This document shows, in pieces, positions 29,739-40,018 of a stretch of 64,000 nt of DNA (positions are counted from its first letter, which is position 1; each line of letters starts with the position of its first letter). A program made the translations under genes and the position numbers. The stretch is from Acidobacteriota bacterium (GTDB lineage: Bacteria; Acidobacteriota; UBA6911; RPQK01; JAJDTT01). The DNA is taken from positions 3,456,001-3,520,000 of the forward strand of contig OZ253580.1 of the NCBI GenBank assembly GCA_965263035.1, given 5' to 3'. The notes beneath the pieces were generated by a model. The model searched no databases, was not told where the DNA came from, and saw only the letters and a list, made by a program, of their open reading frames with translations.

Positions 29739-31187
29739 GTGGAGGGACAGTCTCCGGTTCGTATGGTTCTTGGTGCTCTACTGCTCGCGACCTCGATTGC
29801 GCCCTTCCTTCCAGAGCAGCGGCAGCTCCTGACTCCCGTTCCCGATCTGGCCCCTCGGATCCATGAGTTCGACGCACCGAGCCGAAAGCAGATCCGGGAC
29901 GCCGGCGAAAAGGTTCGCCTGAATCCCAGGAATGCGGAAGCCAACGGCAGGTTGGGCATGCTGCTGCATGCTCATCAACGTTACGAGTTCGCGGAACCGC
30001 TCTACCTGCGAGCCCGGCTTCTGGACCCCGACTCGTTTTCGTGGGCCTACTTTCTTGGGATCATTCAGGGACGCTTGGGGAAACCAGCCGAAGCGGTGGC
30101 ATCGCTTCGGCTGGCAACGAAGCTCAAGCCGAACTATCTGCCTGCACGATTGGCGTTGGCCGATTCTCTACGGAAGATGGGAGCGTTGGAGGAAAGCAGG
30201 GACCTCTACCGCGGAATCGTCAAGGACCATCCCGAGTCCGCTTCGGCTTGGGCTGGTCTGGGCCGGATCTCCTGGGAAGTGGGAGAGGTCTCCGAAGCCG
30301 CCGAAAACTACCAGAAGGCTGTCGAGCGGTTTCCCGGGTACGGCGCCGCCCATTACGCCCTGGGGCTGGCGCACCGGAGTCTGAGCAATCTGGAAAAGAC
30401 GCGAGAGCATCTCTCTCAGTTCCAACGCCATTCGGCGCAAGAGCCACCCCTGGAGGACCCTCTGCTGGACGCGGTCCGGTCCTTGGAGTCCCGCGCCGGA
30501 TACTTCCTGAGGGAAGGCTTCGTTCTGAGAGAGGAGCGGAAATTCCGGGAGGCGGCCGCCGCCTTCGAAGAAGTGCTGAAGCTGGAACCCGGCCACGCCA
30601 TCGCGCACGCCAATCTGGTCTCCCTCTACATCGCTCTCCGCAATCCCGCCAAGGCCGAGCACCACTATCGCTCGGCTGTCGCCGGCGACCCCGGCTTGTA
30701 CAAGACTCACTACAATTTCGGGACCTACCTGGGGTGGCGGGGGCGCACCGGAGAGGCCATCGTCGCACTTCGAAAAGCCATCGAGATCAATCCGTTTCAC
30801 GCGGACAGCCACAGCAATCTGGGACATCTGTTGGCGCAGTTGGGCAAAGGCACCGAGGCGGAGAAACACATGCGGCTCGCCATCCGGCACCAACCGAATT
30901 TCCCCCTCCCGCATTTCAACCTGGGACGCCTGTTGCTGACCCAGGGAAGGTATGAAGAAGCCATTCGGCATCTTCACAAGACGCTCGACGGCGAAGACGA
31001 CGGCAACCCCCTGCACCTCTACACTCTGGCTCTGGCCTATGCCCAACTGGGCGATCTGTCGAAGGCCGAACACTATGCCCTGAGGGCGAAGCGTAAAGCG
31101 GTTGCTCCAAACCAAGCCGGAATAGCCCGTGACATCGAGAGCCTGCTGGCCGAGCTCAAGAGAGCGGCCGATTCCCATGGGAATTAG
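29739..31187 (+). CDS. TPR protein
   Basis: Many TPRs (LGMLLHAH..AEPLYLRA, AHYALG, HYNFG, HSNLG, HFNLG); overlaps the start of the next gene. Confidence 0.88.
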   Translation: MEGQSPVRMVLGALLLATSIAPFLPEQRQLLTPVPDLAPRIHEFDAPSRKQIRDAGEKVRLNPRNAEANGRLGMLLHAHQRYEFAEPLYLRARLLDPDSFSWAYFLGIIQGRLGKPAEAVASLRLATKLKPNYLPARLALADSLRKMGALEESRDLYRGIVKDHPESASAWAGLGRISWEVGEVSEAAENYQKAVERFPGYGAAHYALGLAHRSLSNLEKTREHLSQFQRHSAQEPPLEDPLLDAVRSLESRAGYFLREGFVLREERKFREAAAAFEEVLKLEPGHAIAHANLVSLYIALRNPAKAEHHYRSAVAGDPGLYKTHYNFGTYLGWRGRTGEAIVALRKAIEINPFHADSHSNLGHLLAQLGKGTEAEKHMRLAIRHQPNFPLPHFNLGRLLLTQGRYEEAIRHLHKTLDGEDDGNPLHLYTLALAYAQLGDLSKAEHYALRAKRKAVAPNQAGIARDIESLLAELKRAADSHGN

Positions 31188-32922
31188 GAAGCTGCCGTCC
31201 GCGTTCGCAATCAATTGCTTGCTCTCCATCGCTGTCCTGGGAGTCTGCTCCCTCTCCCGGGTTCTTTTCGCTACCGGCGACCCGCCTGTCTTTCGAGAAG
31301 CCGCTCAAGAAACGGGTCTGGACTTTCACCACTTCATCGGAGCGACGGGCGAGTATTTCTTTCCTGAGATCATGGGCTCGGGGGTGGGCGTGTTCGACTA
31401 TGACGGCGACGGCGATCTGGACCTCTATTTCGTCCAGGGAGCGATGCTGGACCCGTCCAAGGAAGTGTCCCAATCGGTGTTTCCCTTTTCCGGAGAGGGA
31501 CCGCCCCGGAACCGGCTGTTCCGCAATGAGCTGAATCCGAAGGGAGAACTCAGGTTCACCGACGTCACTCGTGAGGCCGGTGTAGGACACCGGGGGTACG
31601 GCATGGGCATGGCCGTCGGAGATTACGACAACGACGGCCATCTGGATTTCTACCTGACGAACTTCGGTCCCAATGTTCTGTATCGCAACAATGGAGACGG
31701 GACCTTCACCGACGTGACCGATGATGCCGGCGTCGACGATCCCCGTTACAGCGCCAGCTGCACCTTCCTCGACTACGATTCCGACGGCGACCTGGACCTC
31801 TACGTCGCCAACTACGTCTCCTTCACCATCAAGGGAAACCGCAGGTGCGGCGGGGAGCGCCGCGACTACTGCGCGCCCGATGTCTACCAGCCGTTGCCTG
31901 ACCGCCTCTTTCGCAACGAAGGAAACGGAAGATTCACCGACTGGTCGGAGGAGGCCGGTCTGGGCCGGGCCTTCGGCGCCGGTCTTGGAGTCGTGGCCGT
32001 GGATCTGGATCTCGACCGCCGCGTGGACGTCTACGTTGCCAACGACGGGACCCCCAACCAGTTGTGGATCAACCAGGGGGATGGGACGTTCCAGGATCAG
32101 GGCCTGGTGTCCGGGACCGCCTACAACATCGACGGAGTGGCCGAGGCGGGCATGGGCGTCACGGCAGCCGATTTCGACGGCGATGGGGACGAAGACCTGT
32201 TCGTGACTCACAACAAGAAGGAGACCCACACGCTCTATCTGAATGGACGGCAAAAGGGATTTGCGGACGCCACCTCCCGCTTCGGGCTGGCCAACGCGAG
32301 CGTTCCCTATTCCGGTTTCGGCACCCTCTGGTTCGATTACGACAACGACGGTTGGTTGGACCTCTTCGTGGCCAACGGAGCCGTGGTCATGGACGACCGG
32401 CAGCCGGCCGATTTACCCTATCCCTACGCGCAGGAGAACCAGCTCTTTCGGGGCGACGAAACCGGCCGGTCTCAGGAGATCGGATCCGACCTTGCGGGCC
32501 CGGCTGTGGATCTTGTGGAGGTCAGCCGGGGAGCCGCTTTCGGGGATATCGACAACGACGGGGACGTGGACATCGCCATCGCCAACAACAACGGACCGGC
32601 TCGTCTTCTGCTCAACCAGGTCGGCTCCCGGAACCATTGGCTGGGTGTTCGGCTGGAGGGTGAGAGGAGCACCCCGGCAGCCGTCTATCAAGCTAGAGTC
32701 GCGTTGCTCCGAGATGGCCGTAAGCCCCTATGGCGCCGCTGCCACACCGACGGCAGCTATCTCAGCGCCAACGACAGCCGGATCATCTTCGGGCTGGGCT
32801 CATCGAAGATTGTGGGCCGAGTGGAAGTTCACTGGCCCGACAGCGGGTGCGAAGCGTGGGACGGCATGGAGGTCGATCGATATGTCACCCTCCGGAGGGG
32901 GACCGGCCGACCTTGCGAATAA
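31177..32922 (+). CDS. CRTAC1 family protein (FG-GAP repeats + ASPIC/UnbV)
   Basis: PEIMGSGVGVFDYDGDGDLD, GDYDNDG, SRGAAFGDIDNDG, GSYLSANDSRIIFGLG. Confidence 0.92.
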   Translation: MGIRKLPSAFAINCLLSIAVLGVCSLSRVLFATGDPPVFREAAQETGLDFHHFIGATGEYFFPEIMGSGVGVFDYDGDGDLDLYFVQGAMLDPSKEVSQSVFPFSGEGPPRNRLFRNELNPKGELRFTDVTREAGVGHRGYGMGMAVGDYDNDGHLDFYLTNFGPNVLYRNNGDGTFTDVTDDAGVDDPRYSASCTFLDYDSDGDLDLYVANYVSFTIKGNRRCGGERRDYCAPDVYQPLPDRLFRNEGNGRFTDWSEEAGLGRAFGAGLGVVAVDLDLDRRVDVYVANDGTPNQLWINQGDGTFQDQGLVSGTAYNIDGVAEAGMGVTAADFDGDGDEDLFVTHNKKETHTLYLNGRQKGFADATSRFGLANASVPYSGFGTLWFDYDNDGWLDLFVANGAVVMDDRQPADLPYPYAQENQLFRGDETGRSQEIGSDLAGPAVDLVEVSRGAAFGDIDNDGDVDIAIANNNGPARLLLNQVGSRNHWLGVRLEGERSTPAAVYQARVALLRDGRKPLWRRCHTDGSYLSANDSRIIFGLGSSKIVGRVEVHWPDSGCEAWDGMEVDRYVTLRRGTGRPCE

Positions 32923-32927
32923 CGACG

Positions 32928-34640
32928 TTATTCTTCCGTGAGGGTCACGTAGGTGTCGAGGGGTAGGTTCTCGAATCTCTGGACCCGGTTGCTGGGACTG
33001 GGCCATTGAATCTCGATCCAATCCAGCTTGTCTGCCTTGCCTAGTCCCAAAACCTCCCGAGGATCGTGGGACGCCAAATAGCTTCCCCCGCTGGTCTTCA
33101 AACGGCTCCGGACCACTCCTCCGGCGGACCACCGGATCAGTGCGCCGATGGAGTCCCGGTTACAGGTCTTGCCCACCAGTTTCAGACCGATCCAGTGATT
33201 TCCGGTCCCCCATCGGTTCCGCAATAGAATGGGCGCCTGTCCGTTGTTGGCCACCAGAACGTCGACTCTCCCGTCATTGTCGATGTCGCCTACCGTCAAC
33301 CCGCGAGCCGGATATTTCTCCGCAAAGACGGCTCCTGCCCGCTCGCTGATGTCCCGGAGCCTGCCGTCCACGTTTTCGAAGAGCAGCAGAGGCATGGCGT
33401 AGGTGACCTGGAGGGAATAGGAGGCGATCATGTCGTCGGGATGCCCGTTGGCCAGAAACAGGTCCATGTCCCCGTCCACGTCGAAGTCCAGAAACTTCAG
33501 TCCCCAGCCGCTCAGGAGCCGGGTGGACTGAGCCACTTGATTGGGATGGGAGAGATCGCGAAACAATTCATTCCGCTGATTCTGGTAAAGGGCGAACATC
33601 TCCTGGTCCACGTTGGCCACGAACAGATCCTGCCATCCGTCCTGATTGAAGTCGGCGGAATCGACCCCCATGCCGGAGCGGGCTTTCCCGTTGGCGCTGA
33701 ACCCCACCTCCGCGAGAAAACCGATCTCGTCCCACCGGTCGTTTCCCCGGTTGACGAACAGGAAGTTCTGCACCGTGTCGTTGGCGACGAAGAGGTCCAT
33801 CCTGCGGTCGTTGTCGATGTCAGTGGCGACGACGCCCAGCGCCTTGCCCAGTGACCGGCCGATGTCGCTCTTGCCCCCGACTTCGGCAAAGGTGCCGTCG
33901 CGGTTGTTTTGGAAGAGCAGGCTCGGCGTCGGTTCGAAGAAGGTGGGGATGCAGTAGTAGTTCTTGCCCAGTTGGTTGTTCCCGCACCGCACCGGGTTGT
34001 CGATCTGGTATTTGACGAAGCTGCAGACGAACAGGTCGAGCCATCCGTCGCCGTCATAGTCGAACCAGACGGCGCTGGTGGTCCACCCGGGAGCGGCCAG
34101 ACCCGAAACTCGGGTGACGTCCCGGAAGGTCCCGTCCCCCTGGTTCTCGTAGAGAATGGCGCGGCCGTAGGCGGTGACATAGAGATCGGTGTCTCCGTCG
34201 TTGTCGTAGTCGGCGGCCGCGGCCCCCATGCCGAAACTTCCCGCGGCGACGCCCGCCTTGCGGGTGACGTCGCTGAAGGTTCCGTCGCCGTTGTTCCGGT
34301 AGAGGGCATTGCTGAGCCTCTTCTCCGGTGTGAAGAAATCCGACGGTCCGTAATTGACCAGGTACAGGTCCAACCACCCGTCATTGTCGTAGTCGAAAAA
34401 GGCGCAGCCGGGTCCCAGGGTTTCCGGCAGATGCCGCATCTCCGACATGGCGTTCTCGTGCACCCAGGCGATGCCGCTGCTGGAGGGCGGGATTTTCGTG
34501 AAGAGGCCCGGTCGGGACGGATCGGTCTCGTTCCCCGCCAATCCAGGGGTCAGGAACGCCGCCAGTAAAAGGAGTGGCAATCGGGGACGGAGGGCAAGGA
34601 GGAAACCGAGGTCGCCGGTCTCGGCCTCGAAATCGGTCAT
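32928..34640 (-). CDS. CRTAC1 family protein (FG-GAP repeats + ASPIC/UnbV)
   Basis: Start MTDFEAET overlaps the upstream stop (ATGA); [35 protein letters not shown]; close paralogue of 19966..21675. Confidence 0.9.
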   Translation of the reverse strand: MTDFEAETGDLGFLLALRPRLPLLLLAAFLTPGLAGNETDPSRPGLFTKIPPSSSGIAWVHENAMSEMRHLPETLGPGCAFFDYDNDGWLDLYLVNYGPSDFFTPEKRLSNALYRNNGDGTFSDVTRKAGVAAGSFGMGAAAADYDNDGDTDLYVTAYGRAILYENQGDGTFRDVTRVSGLAAPGWTTSAVWFDYDGDGWLDLFVCSFVKYQIDNPVRCGNNQLGKNYYCIPTFFEPTPSLLFQNNRDGTFAEVGGKSDIGRSLGKALGVVATDIDNDRRMDLFVANDTVQNFLFVNRGNDRWDEIGFLAEVGFSANGKARSGMGVDSADFNQDGWQDLFVANVDQEMFALYQNQRNELFRDLSHPNQVAQSTRLLSGWGLKFLDFDVDGDMDLFLANGHPDDMIASYSLQVTYAMPLLLFENVDGRLRDISERAGAVFAEKYPARGLTVGDIDNDGRVDVLVANNGQAPILLRNRWGTGNHWIGLKLVGKTCNRDSIGALIRWSAGGVVRSRLKTSGGSYLASHDPREVLGLGKADKLDWIEIQWPSPSNRVQRFENLPLDTYVTLTEE

Positions 34641-35611
34641 GAAACTGGTTGGTTCCGTCTTCCGATCTCGGCAGCGAGTTCCTGGGCGCGTTTCAGGGAC
34701 GTCGACTTCTCCTCCAGCATGAGCCGGCGGACCTTCTGCAGCGTTTCCTTGTCCGCGTGGGTGGTCACGTAGAGCGCGCGGCTGGTGATGACGGCGTCGA
34801 TCTTCTGGGCGACCCGCCGCACGTCGGGGCCCGGCGTATGGGCGACCCAGTTGACCGTGTCTTTGACGGACTGGTAGCGGAAATCGCACGAGAGCCGGAT
34901 CCGGTCGGAGCGGTTCACCAGTCCGCGATGAGCCGTGACATGGCCGAAGAAAATGGCGTCGCCGGGATGGTAATCGGTGGTGCCCCAGGCGAATTCCGTC
35001 GAATCCAGTCCGAATCCCTTGGACCTCGCTTTCTTCGCATCGCTGGGACTGGAGCCCGCGTGTTCCAGGAATCCCATCTTGTGGGAACCGAGAGCGAGGG
35101 CCAGACCCCCGATGTCCAGATTGATGTCCATGAGCGGCAACCAGCAGGTGTAGAACCGGTCGGCCTGGTACCCGAGGTTCTTGGCACCGTCCTGGTGGGT
35201 GCCCACGCCGACATCCTCCGCCGCATCGGGATCGGGAAACATGACCCGGATGAGTCGTTGTTCCCAGACCGTGACGGCTTCGCCGATCATGCCCTCCATG
35301 ACCGCGACGATCTCCGGCGACTCCGCGAGACGGTTGAAGGAATCGAGGCGTACGATCTTGTCGTAGTACCTCATGTGTTCCGCTTCCGAAGGGTGGGGTC
35401 CCCCGCTCCACATGGGGTCCTCGCTGTCTTTCTCTTCGATGATGTGAGTTTCGTGCAGGACCCCCACGATGTCTCTCTTGACCTGCAACACCCGATGGGG
35501 ATCGAGCAGGCGCCGCAGGAGGAGATAACCGTCTTCAGCGAGGTTTTCCGAAAGGCGCTTGACGTCGCCCAGGTGCCCGGTGGAATCCCTCAGCGCTCGA
35601 TATTCCATCAT
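34637..35611 (-). CDS. Phytanoyl-CoA dioxygenase (PhyH) family protein
   Basis: [50 protein letters not shown]. Confidence 0.88.
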   Translation of the reverse strand: MMEYRALRDSTGHLGDVKRLSENLAEDGYLLLRRLLDPHRVLQVKRDIVGVLHETHIIEEKDSEDPMWSGGPHPSEAEHMRYYDKIVRLDSFNRLAESPEIVAVMEGMIGEAVTVWEQRLIRVMFPDPDAAEDVGVGTHQDGAKNLGYQADRFYTCWLPLMDINLDIGGLALALGSHKMGFLEHAGSSPSDAKKARSKGFGLDSTEFAWGTTDYHPGDAIFFGHVTAHRGLVNRSDRIRLSCDFRYQSVKDTVNWVAHTPGPDVRRVAQKIDAVITSRALYVTTHADKETLQKVRRLMLEEKSTSLKRAQELAAEIGRRNQPVS

Positions 35612-35618
35612 GGCGTTG

Positions 35619-36395
35619 TCAACTTCCTTTCTCTGATCCGTGGAAGGCGTCGATTCCGGCCCGGACCGCATTCAGCATCAGGTAGTAGTCGGGACCGAAG
35701 CCCAGGAAGGTCAGGCCCTGGGCCTTCCGCAGATTCAATTCGTCAGGCGTCGTGGAACCGATCCCGATGGCGACCCCGTTCTTCTTCCCGATCTCCGCTG
35801 CGTATTCGATCACCGCGTCCGTTTCCGGAAAGGGCATCTCCATGGGATTGAAGCCCATGGAGAAACAGAGATCCCACATGCCCAGGTAGAGGGCGTCGAG
35901 GCCCGGAACGGAAGTGATCTCTTCCAGGTTCTCGACCGCTTCTCGGGTCTCCAGGAGTGCGGCGACCAGGATGTTGTCATTGGCCCGTCTGATGTAGTCG
36001 TCGGTGTCGATGGTGTACTGGCTGGCGCGCATCGGGCCCCAACCCCGGATCCCGTGCGGCGGGTAGCGGGTTGCGGCCACCAGGGCCTCGGCCTCGGCCG
36101 CGGTCCTCAACATGGGAGCGATGATCCCCAGGGCGCCCATGTCCAAGGCGCGTTGAATGAACACATGTTCATGGGAGGGGACGCGGACGATGGGTACGGT
36201 GTCCGTCCCCTTGATGGCCATGAGCAGATGCTCGATCTCGGCCGAATCCAACCCGTTGTGCTCGGTTTCGATGACCAGGAAGTCGAGGCCGACCTGAGAC
36301 AACAATTCGGCAACATTTGGACTGCCCAGCCCCATGAAGGTGCCGAGGACCGCTTCCCCGGCGTTCAGTTTTTCTTTGGTCCGGTTGGTCTGCAT
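35619..36395 (-). CDS. HpcH/HpaI aldolase family protein
   Basis: VIETEHN, PIVRVP, RALDMGA, RYPPHGIRG, ETREAVENLEEI..GLDALYLG..DL. Confidence 0.9.
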   Translation of the reverse strand: MQTNRTKEKLNAGEAVLGTFMGLGSPNVAELLSQVGLDFLVIETEHNGLDSAEIEHLLMAIKGTDTVPIVRVPSHEHVFIQRALDMGALGIIAPMLRTAAEAEALVAATRYPPHGIRGWGPMRASQYTIDTDDYIRRANDNILVAALLETREAVENLEEITSVPGLDALYLGMWDLCFSMGFNPMEMPFPETDAVIEYAAEIGKKNGVAIGIGSTTPDELNLRKAQGLTFLGFGPDYYLMLNAVRAGIDAFHGSEKGS

Positions 36396-36427
36396 AGCTC
36401 AATAATGGGGTCTTGTCCGCCGGGACT

Positions 36428-37402
36428 TCAATATTCCGTCCCGCTCTCGCCCAAGTCCTGCGTTCCCTCACGGGTGATGTAGGACGCCTTCGAGTCGTAG
36501 AGCCGCCGCTGGTAGTCGACGGAAGTTTCAACCGCCTTCAGAAAATTGATCTGTCTCTCCAGGGCCTCCTGCAGGCCGGGCATCGCCGCCTCTTGGCTGA
36601 TTCCGGCGTGATACGAGATTTCCGGAGGAACCAAGCCCATGTAGATGGAGAGGAATCCGTCGAAACCGATTTCCTTGAGGACGCCCAAGATCGCCGGATA
36701 GTCGGCATGGCCTTCGCCCATGAAGCAGTGATTGGTCTCGTTCATGTGCATGACCTTGATCCGGTCCCCCGCCGCCATCAGGGCGCTGGTGGTCGAGGCC
36801 TCGGAGATGTTCATGTGGTAGACGTCCGGCTGGACGCCGAGATTGGGCAGACCCAGATCGTCGATCAAGCTGATGGCGTCGAAGACGGAGGTCATGATGC
36901 CGGAATAGGCCTCATAACGGTTCAGCGGCTCGAACAGGACCGTGATGTCCCGCTCTCCCCCGTATTCACAGATCTCCCTTGTGGACTCGAGAAAATTGCT
37001 TCTCAAGACGTGCAGAGGCAGCTTCGGGAAGGGGATCTGCGGGACGGGAGTCTGGGAAGCGCAGATCTGGTAATACTTCGCCCCCAAGGCCGACGCCAAG
37101 TCGATGCAGGCCTTGCCGTAGTCGATGCCTCTACGCCGGGCTTCCACGTCGTCGCCGGCCATGTCCCTGTTTTCTCCGGCGTGATGATAAGCCCAGGCAC
37201 CCAAAATTTCGTTGACCTCGAGTCCCGTGGAATCCAGAAGCCTCCGGAACTTGTCGACATCGAGCTTTTGCGGATTGCCCGGCAGGTCGACGGCGTCGAA
37301 CCCGGCCCGCTTGATGGCTTCCAGGATCGGCTCCGGCGTCTCAAGTACGTAGTGTCCGATTCTCCCGATGGTTTCGGTGATGATGGAGTATTTGAACGAC
37401 AT
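36428..37402 (-). CDS. Sugar phosphate isomerase/epimerase (xylose isomerase-like TIM barrel)
   Basis: FEPLNRYE, DVYHMNISE, HMNETN..GEGH motifs. Confidence 0.85.
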   Translation of the reverse strand: MSFKYSIITETIGRIGHYVLETPEPILEAIKRAGFDAVDLPGNPQKLDVDKFRRLLDSTGLEVNEILGAWAYHHAGENRDMAGDDVEARRRGIDYGKACIDLASALGAKYYQICASQTPVPQIPFPKLPLHVLRSNFLESTREICEYGGERDITVLFEPLNRYEAYSGIMTSVFDAISLIDDLGLPNLGVQPDVYHMNISEASTTSALMAAGDRIKVMHMNETNHCFMGEGHADYPAILGVLKEIGFDGFLSIYMGLVPPEISYHAGISQEAAMPGLQEALERQINFLKAVETSVDYQRRLYDSKASYITREGTQDLGESGTEY

Positions 37403-37417
37403 TGGAGGACCCCTCCT

Positions 37418-38458
37418 TTAGGTGGATTTCAAGTCTACGGGCTTCCTCGTCTTCATGGACTCATAGACGGCATCGATGACCCGCATGTTGCCCAGGCTGA
37501 ACTCCGGGGAAATCCGGTGCGGCGTGTTCGTCTCGAGGCATTCCACCAAGTGGTCGAGCTGCAGGGCAAACTGATCCACGGGGGAGAAGCGGTGGACTTC
37601 ATGGTCGAAGTTGTCATGGAACACTTCGATGGTGGCGGGCAGGTCTTCCTTCTCGACGAACTCCTGTTCCCTCACGCTCCGTTGGTCGAACGGCAGGTCG
37701 GCACGGATCCACCCGGTCAAGCCCAGCACCTCCGTCGCCTGGCAGTAGCCGTACTGACAGCTCGTGGTCAGTTGGGCTGTAGCACCTCCCGGAAACTCAA
37801 GCTGGATGACGGCCGACATATCCGCGTCGGATGACTCGATAAACCGGCCCACCGCATAGGCCCGGTGGGGCTCCTCGCCGATGACGAACCGAGAGAAATG
37901 AATCAGGTAGCATGCCGTGTCGTAGACGGACCCGCCGCCCCGGCGGCGATCGTAGCGCCAGTTGTCCGGCTCGGCGAATCGAACCAGAGGGGAAGAGAAG
38001 GTGCCCTGGACCGAGACGACCGTCCCGATATGGCCGGCATCGATGATCTCCTTGATCCGGACGTGTTGCGGATCGTGCCGCCACTTGAATGCTTCCGCCA
38101 GCAAGACGCCGTTCTCGCGGGCCGCGGCGATCATCGCTGCGCACTCGGCGGCGTCGCTGGCGATGGGTTTCTCGCACAGGATGGCCCGGACGTTTCCCGA
38201 GTTGGCCGCCGCGATGCTGACGGCGGCGTGCGCAGGGCCCCAGGGGGCGACGATGGCGATATCGAGCCGTTCTTCCGACAGCAACTGGTTCAGATCCGTA
38301 TAGCGATTGGGGACCTGGAATCGGTCGCCGAAGGCGTTCAAAGCCTCGGCGGAAAGGTCGCAGGCCGCGGTCAATTCGACTTTGGGATTCCCGAGGCAGG
38401 CCACCGCATGGTCCAGTGAGATGGTTCCCGTACCGATGATTCCTGCTTTCAAGGCCAT
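37418..38458 (-). CDS. Gfo/Idh/MocA family oxidoreductase
   Basis: GIIGTGTI, ILCEKPIA, EAFKWRHDP, GGGSVYD. Confidence 0.9.
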   Translation of the reverse strand: MALKAGIIGTGTISLDHAVACLGNPKVELTAACDLSAEALNAFGDRFQVPNRYTDLNQLLSEERLDIAIVAPWGPAHAAVSIAAANSGNVRAILCEKPIASDAAECAAMIAAARENGVLLAEAFKWRHDPQHVRIKEIIDAGHIGTVVSVQGTFSSPLVRFAEPDNWRYDRRRGGGSVYDTACYLIHFSRFVIGEEPHRAYAVGRFIESSDADMSAVIQLEFPGGATAQLTTSCQYGYCQATEVLGLTGWIRADLPFDQRSVREQEFVEKEDLPATIEVFHDNFDHEVHRFSPVDQFALQLDHLVECLETNTPHRISPEFSLGNMRVIDAVYESMKTRKPVDLKST

Positions 38459-38598
38459 GGTCAGGTTCCGGCCATTCTATTGGAAAGCTCGCGCCGCCGA
38501 TAGCTGCACCGGTGCCATTGCTGGGTCGAGGACGTATACTCGCTCCCAGCAAGGATGCAGGCGTCGTTCCGTTGTCATCCAGGAGGAGGAAAACGCAA

Positions 38599-39927
38599 AT
38601 GAAGTGGTTCTCGACGATATTCGGTCTCTTGCTCGCCGTCTCCATACAGCCGGACGCTGAAGCTGGTGACAAACCGAACGTTATCTTCATTCTGGTCGAC
38701 GATATGGGATATGGCGACGTGGGTCCCTACGGCGCCACGGATCTCCAAACCCCTCACCTGGATCGCATGGCTCGGGAGGGAGTCAAGCTCACGGACAATT
38801 ACGCGGCTGCCCCTGTGTGCACGCCGACGCGCATCGCTTTTCTTACCGGGCGCTACCAACAGCGTAGTGGGATCGAATGGGCGTTCGCGGGCGCGGGGTC
38901 TCCGGGACTGTCCACGTCGGAGACATCCGTGGCCAGGATGGTGAAGAATAACGGCTATGCGACGGGACTCATGGGGAAGTGGCACGTGGGAATCACCCCC
39001 GAGACGGGACCAAATGCACACGGATTCGATGAGTTTTTTGGTTTCCTGGGTGCAAACATCGATTTCTACACCCATCGCGAGGTGATTCCAGAGAGAGGTC
39101 TTCCCGATCTCTACGAAAACGGCAAACCGGTGAAGAAAGATGGGTACATGACCGATCTCATCACCGAGGGGTCCGTCGACTTCATCGAACGCCACGCGGG
39201 CAAGCCGTTCTTCCTCTTCGTCTCCTACAACGCACCTCACTGGCCGTTCCAGCCACCGAACCGGCGCTGGGTTGCGACGGCGGAGAATCGGCTGGAAGGG
39301 ACCCGCGAGGACTACAACGGCATGGTCGAACGAATCGACGACGGGGTCGGCGAAATTTTGGATGTGCTCGATCGGAAGGGTCTGGCCGCCAACACCCTGG
39401 TCATCTTCACCAGCGACAACGGAGGCGAGCGCCTCTCGCGCACCGCACCTTTTTTCAATCACAAGGCCACATTGTGGGAGGGCGGGATTCGGGTTCCCGG
39501 CCTGGTCCGTTGGCCGAAACGCCTCCCGGCCGGCAAGACCTCAGATCAGGCGGTCATCACCATGGATTTCTCGGCCACCATCCTGGCAGCCACGGGGAGT
39601 GCGCCGCCGGAGGGACGCACCCTGGACGGAATCGACATCCTCCCCATACTGAACGGAGAGAAACCTTCACAGGAGCGCACCTTCTTCTGGCGCATCCAGT
39701 TCGTGGGCGAATGCAATCCACAGCGGCCCTACTGGCAGTGCTATGTACAGAAGGCGGTCCGCAAGGGGCACTGGAAGTACGTCTTGGACGGCGTTGAGCA
39801 GGTGGACATGTTGTTCGATCTGAGGACCGATCCGAGTGAGCGCCAGACGCTGACCTACGAGAAGCCGGAAGTCGTAGAAGAAATCAAGCGCCTGTTCGCA
39901 AACTGGGAGCAGGACGTAGACCGGTAG
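38599..39927 (+). CDS. Sulfatase (arylsulfatase family)
   Basis: Signal peptide; KPNVIFILVDDMG, CTPTR..LTGRY, GKWH, SDNGG, EGGIRVP. Confidence 0.93.
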   Translation: MKWFSTIFGLLLAVSIQPDAEAGDKPNVIFILVDDMGYGDVGPYGATDLQTPHLDRMAREGVKLTDNYAAAPVCTPTRIAFLTGRYQQRSGIEWAFAGAGSPGLSTSETSVARMVKNNGYATGLMGKWHVGITPETGPNAHGFDEFFGFLGANIDFYTHREVIPERGLPDLYENGKPVKKDGYMTDLITEGSVDFIERHAGKPFFLFVSYNAPHWPFQPPNRRWVATAENRLEGTREDYNGMVERIDDGVGEILDVLDRKGLAANTLVIFTSDNGGERLSRTAPFFNHKATLWEGGIRVPGLVRWPKRLPAGKTSDQAVITMDFSATILAATGSAPPEGRTLDGIDILPILNGEKPSQERTFFWRIQFVGECNPQRPYWQCYVQKAVRKGHWKYVLDGVEQVDMLFDLRTDPSERQTLTYEKPEVVEEIKRLFANWEQDVDR

Positions 39928-39992
39928 GGGCGACGGGAGCGGCGACTTTCTTGTCGCCGACAGGGGGGCAGGGGGGACGGAGTCCCCACTCC
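39924..39992. repeat. REP-like hairpin cluster
   Basis: GTAGGGGCG-ACGGGAG-CGGCGAC-TTTCTT-GTCGCCG ... GGGGAC-GGA-GTCCCC-ACTCC. Confidence 0.7.
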
Positions 39993-40018
39993 GAGTCCTC
40001 CACATCACTGAGGCAAAT

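Noticed and set aside
18020-34640. Enediyne biosynthetic cluster suggested by UnbV domains
   Set aside because: No PKS, thioesterase or other enediyne core genes; UnbV/ASPIC propellers are widespread outside such clusters
32928-35411. 827-aa version of the CRTAC1 ORF (likewise the 19429 extension of the 19966 gene)
   Set aside because: The N-terminal extension is an out-of-frame overlap of the neighbouring real gene with non-protein-like composition
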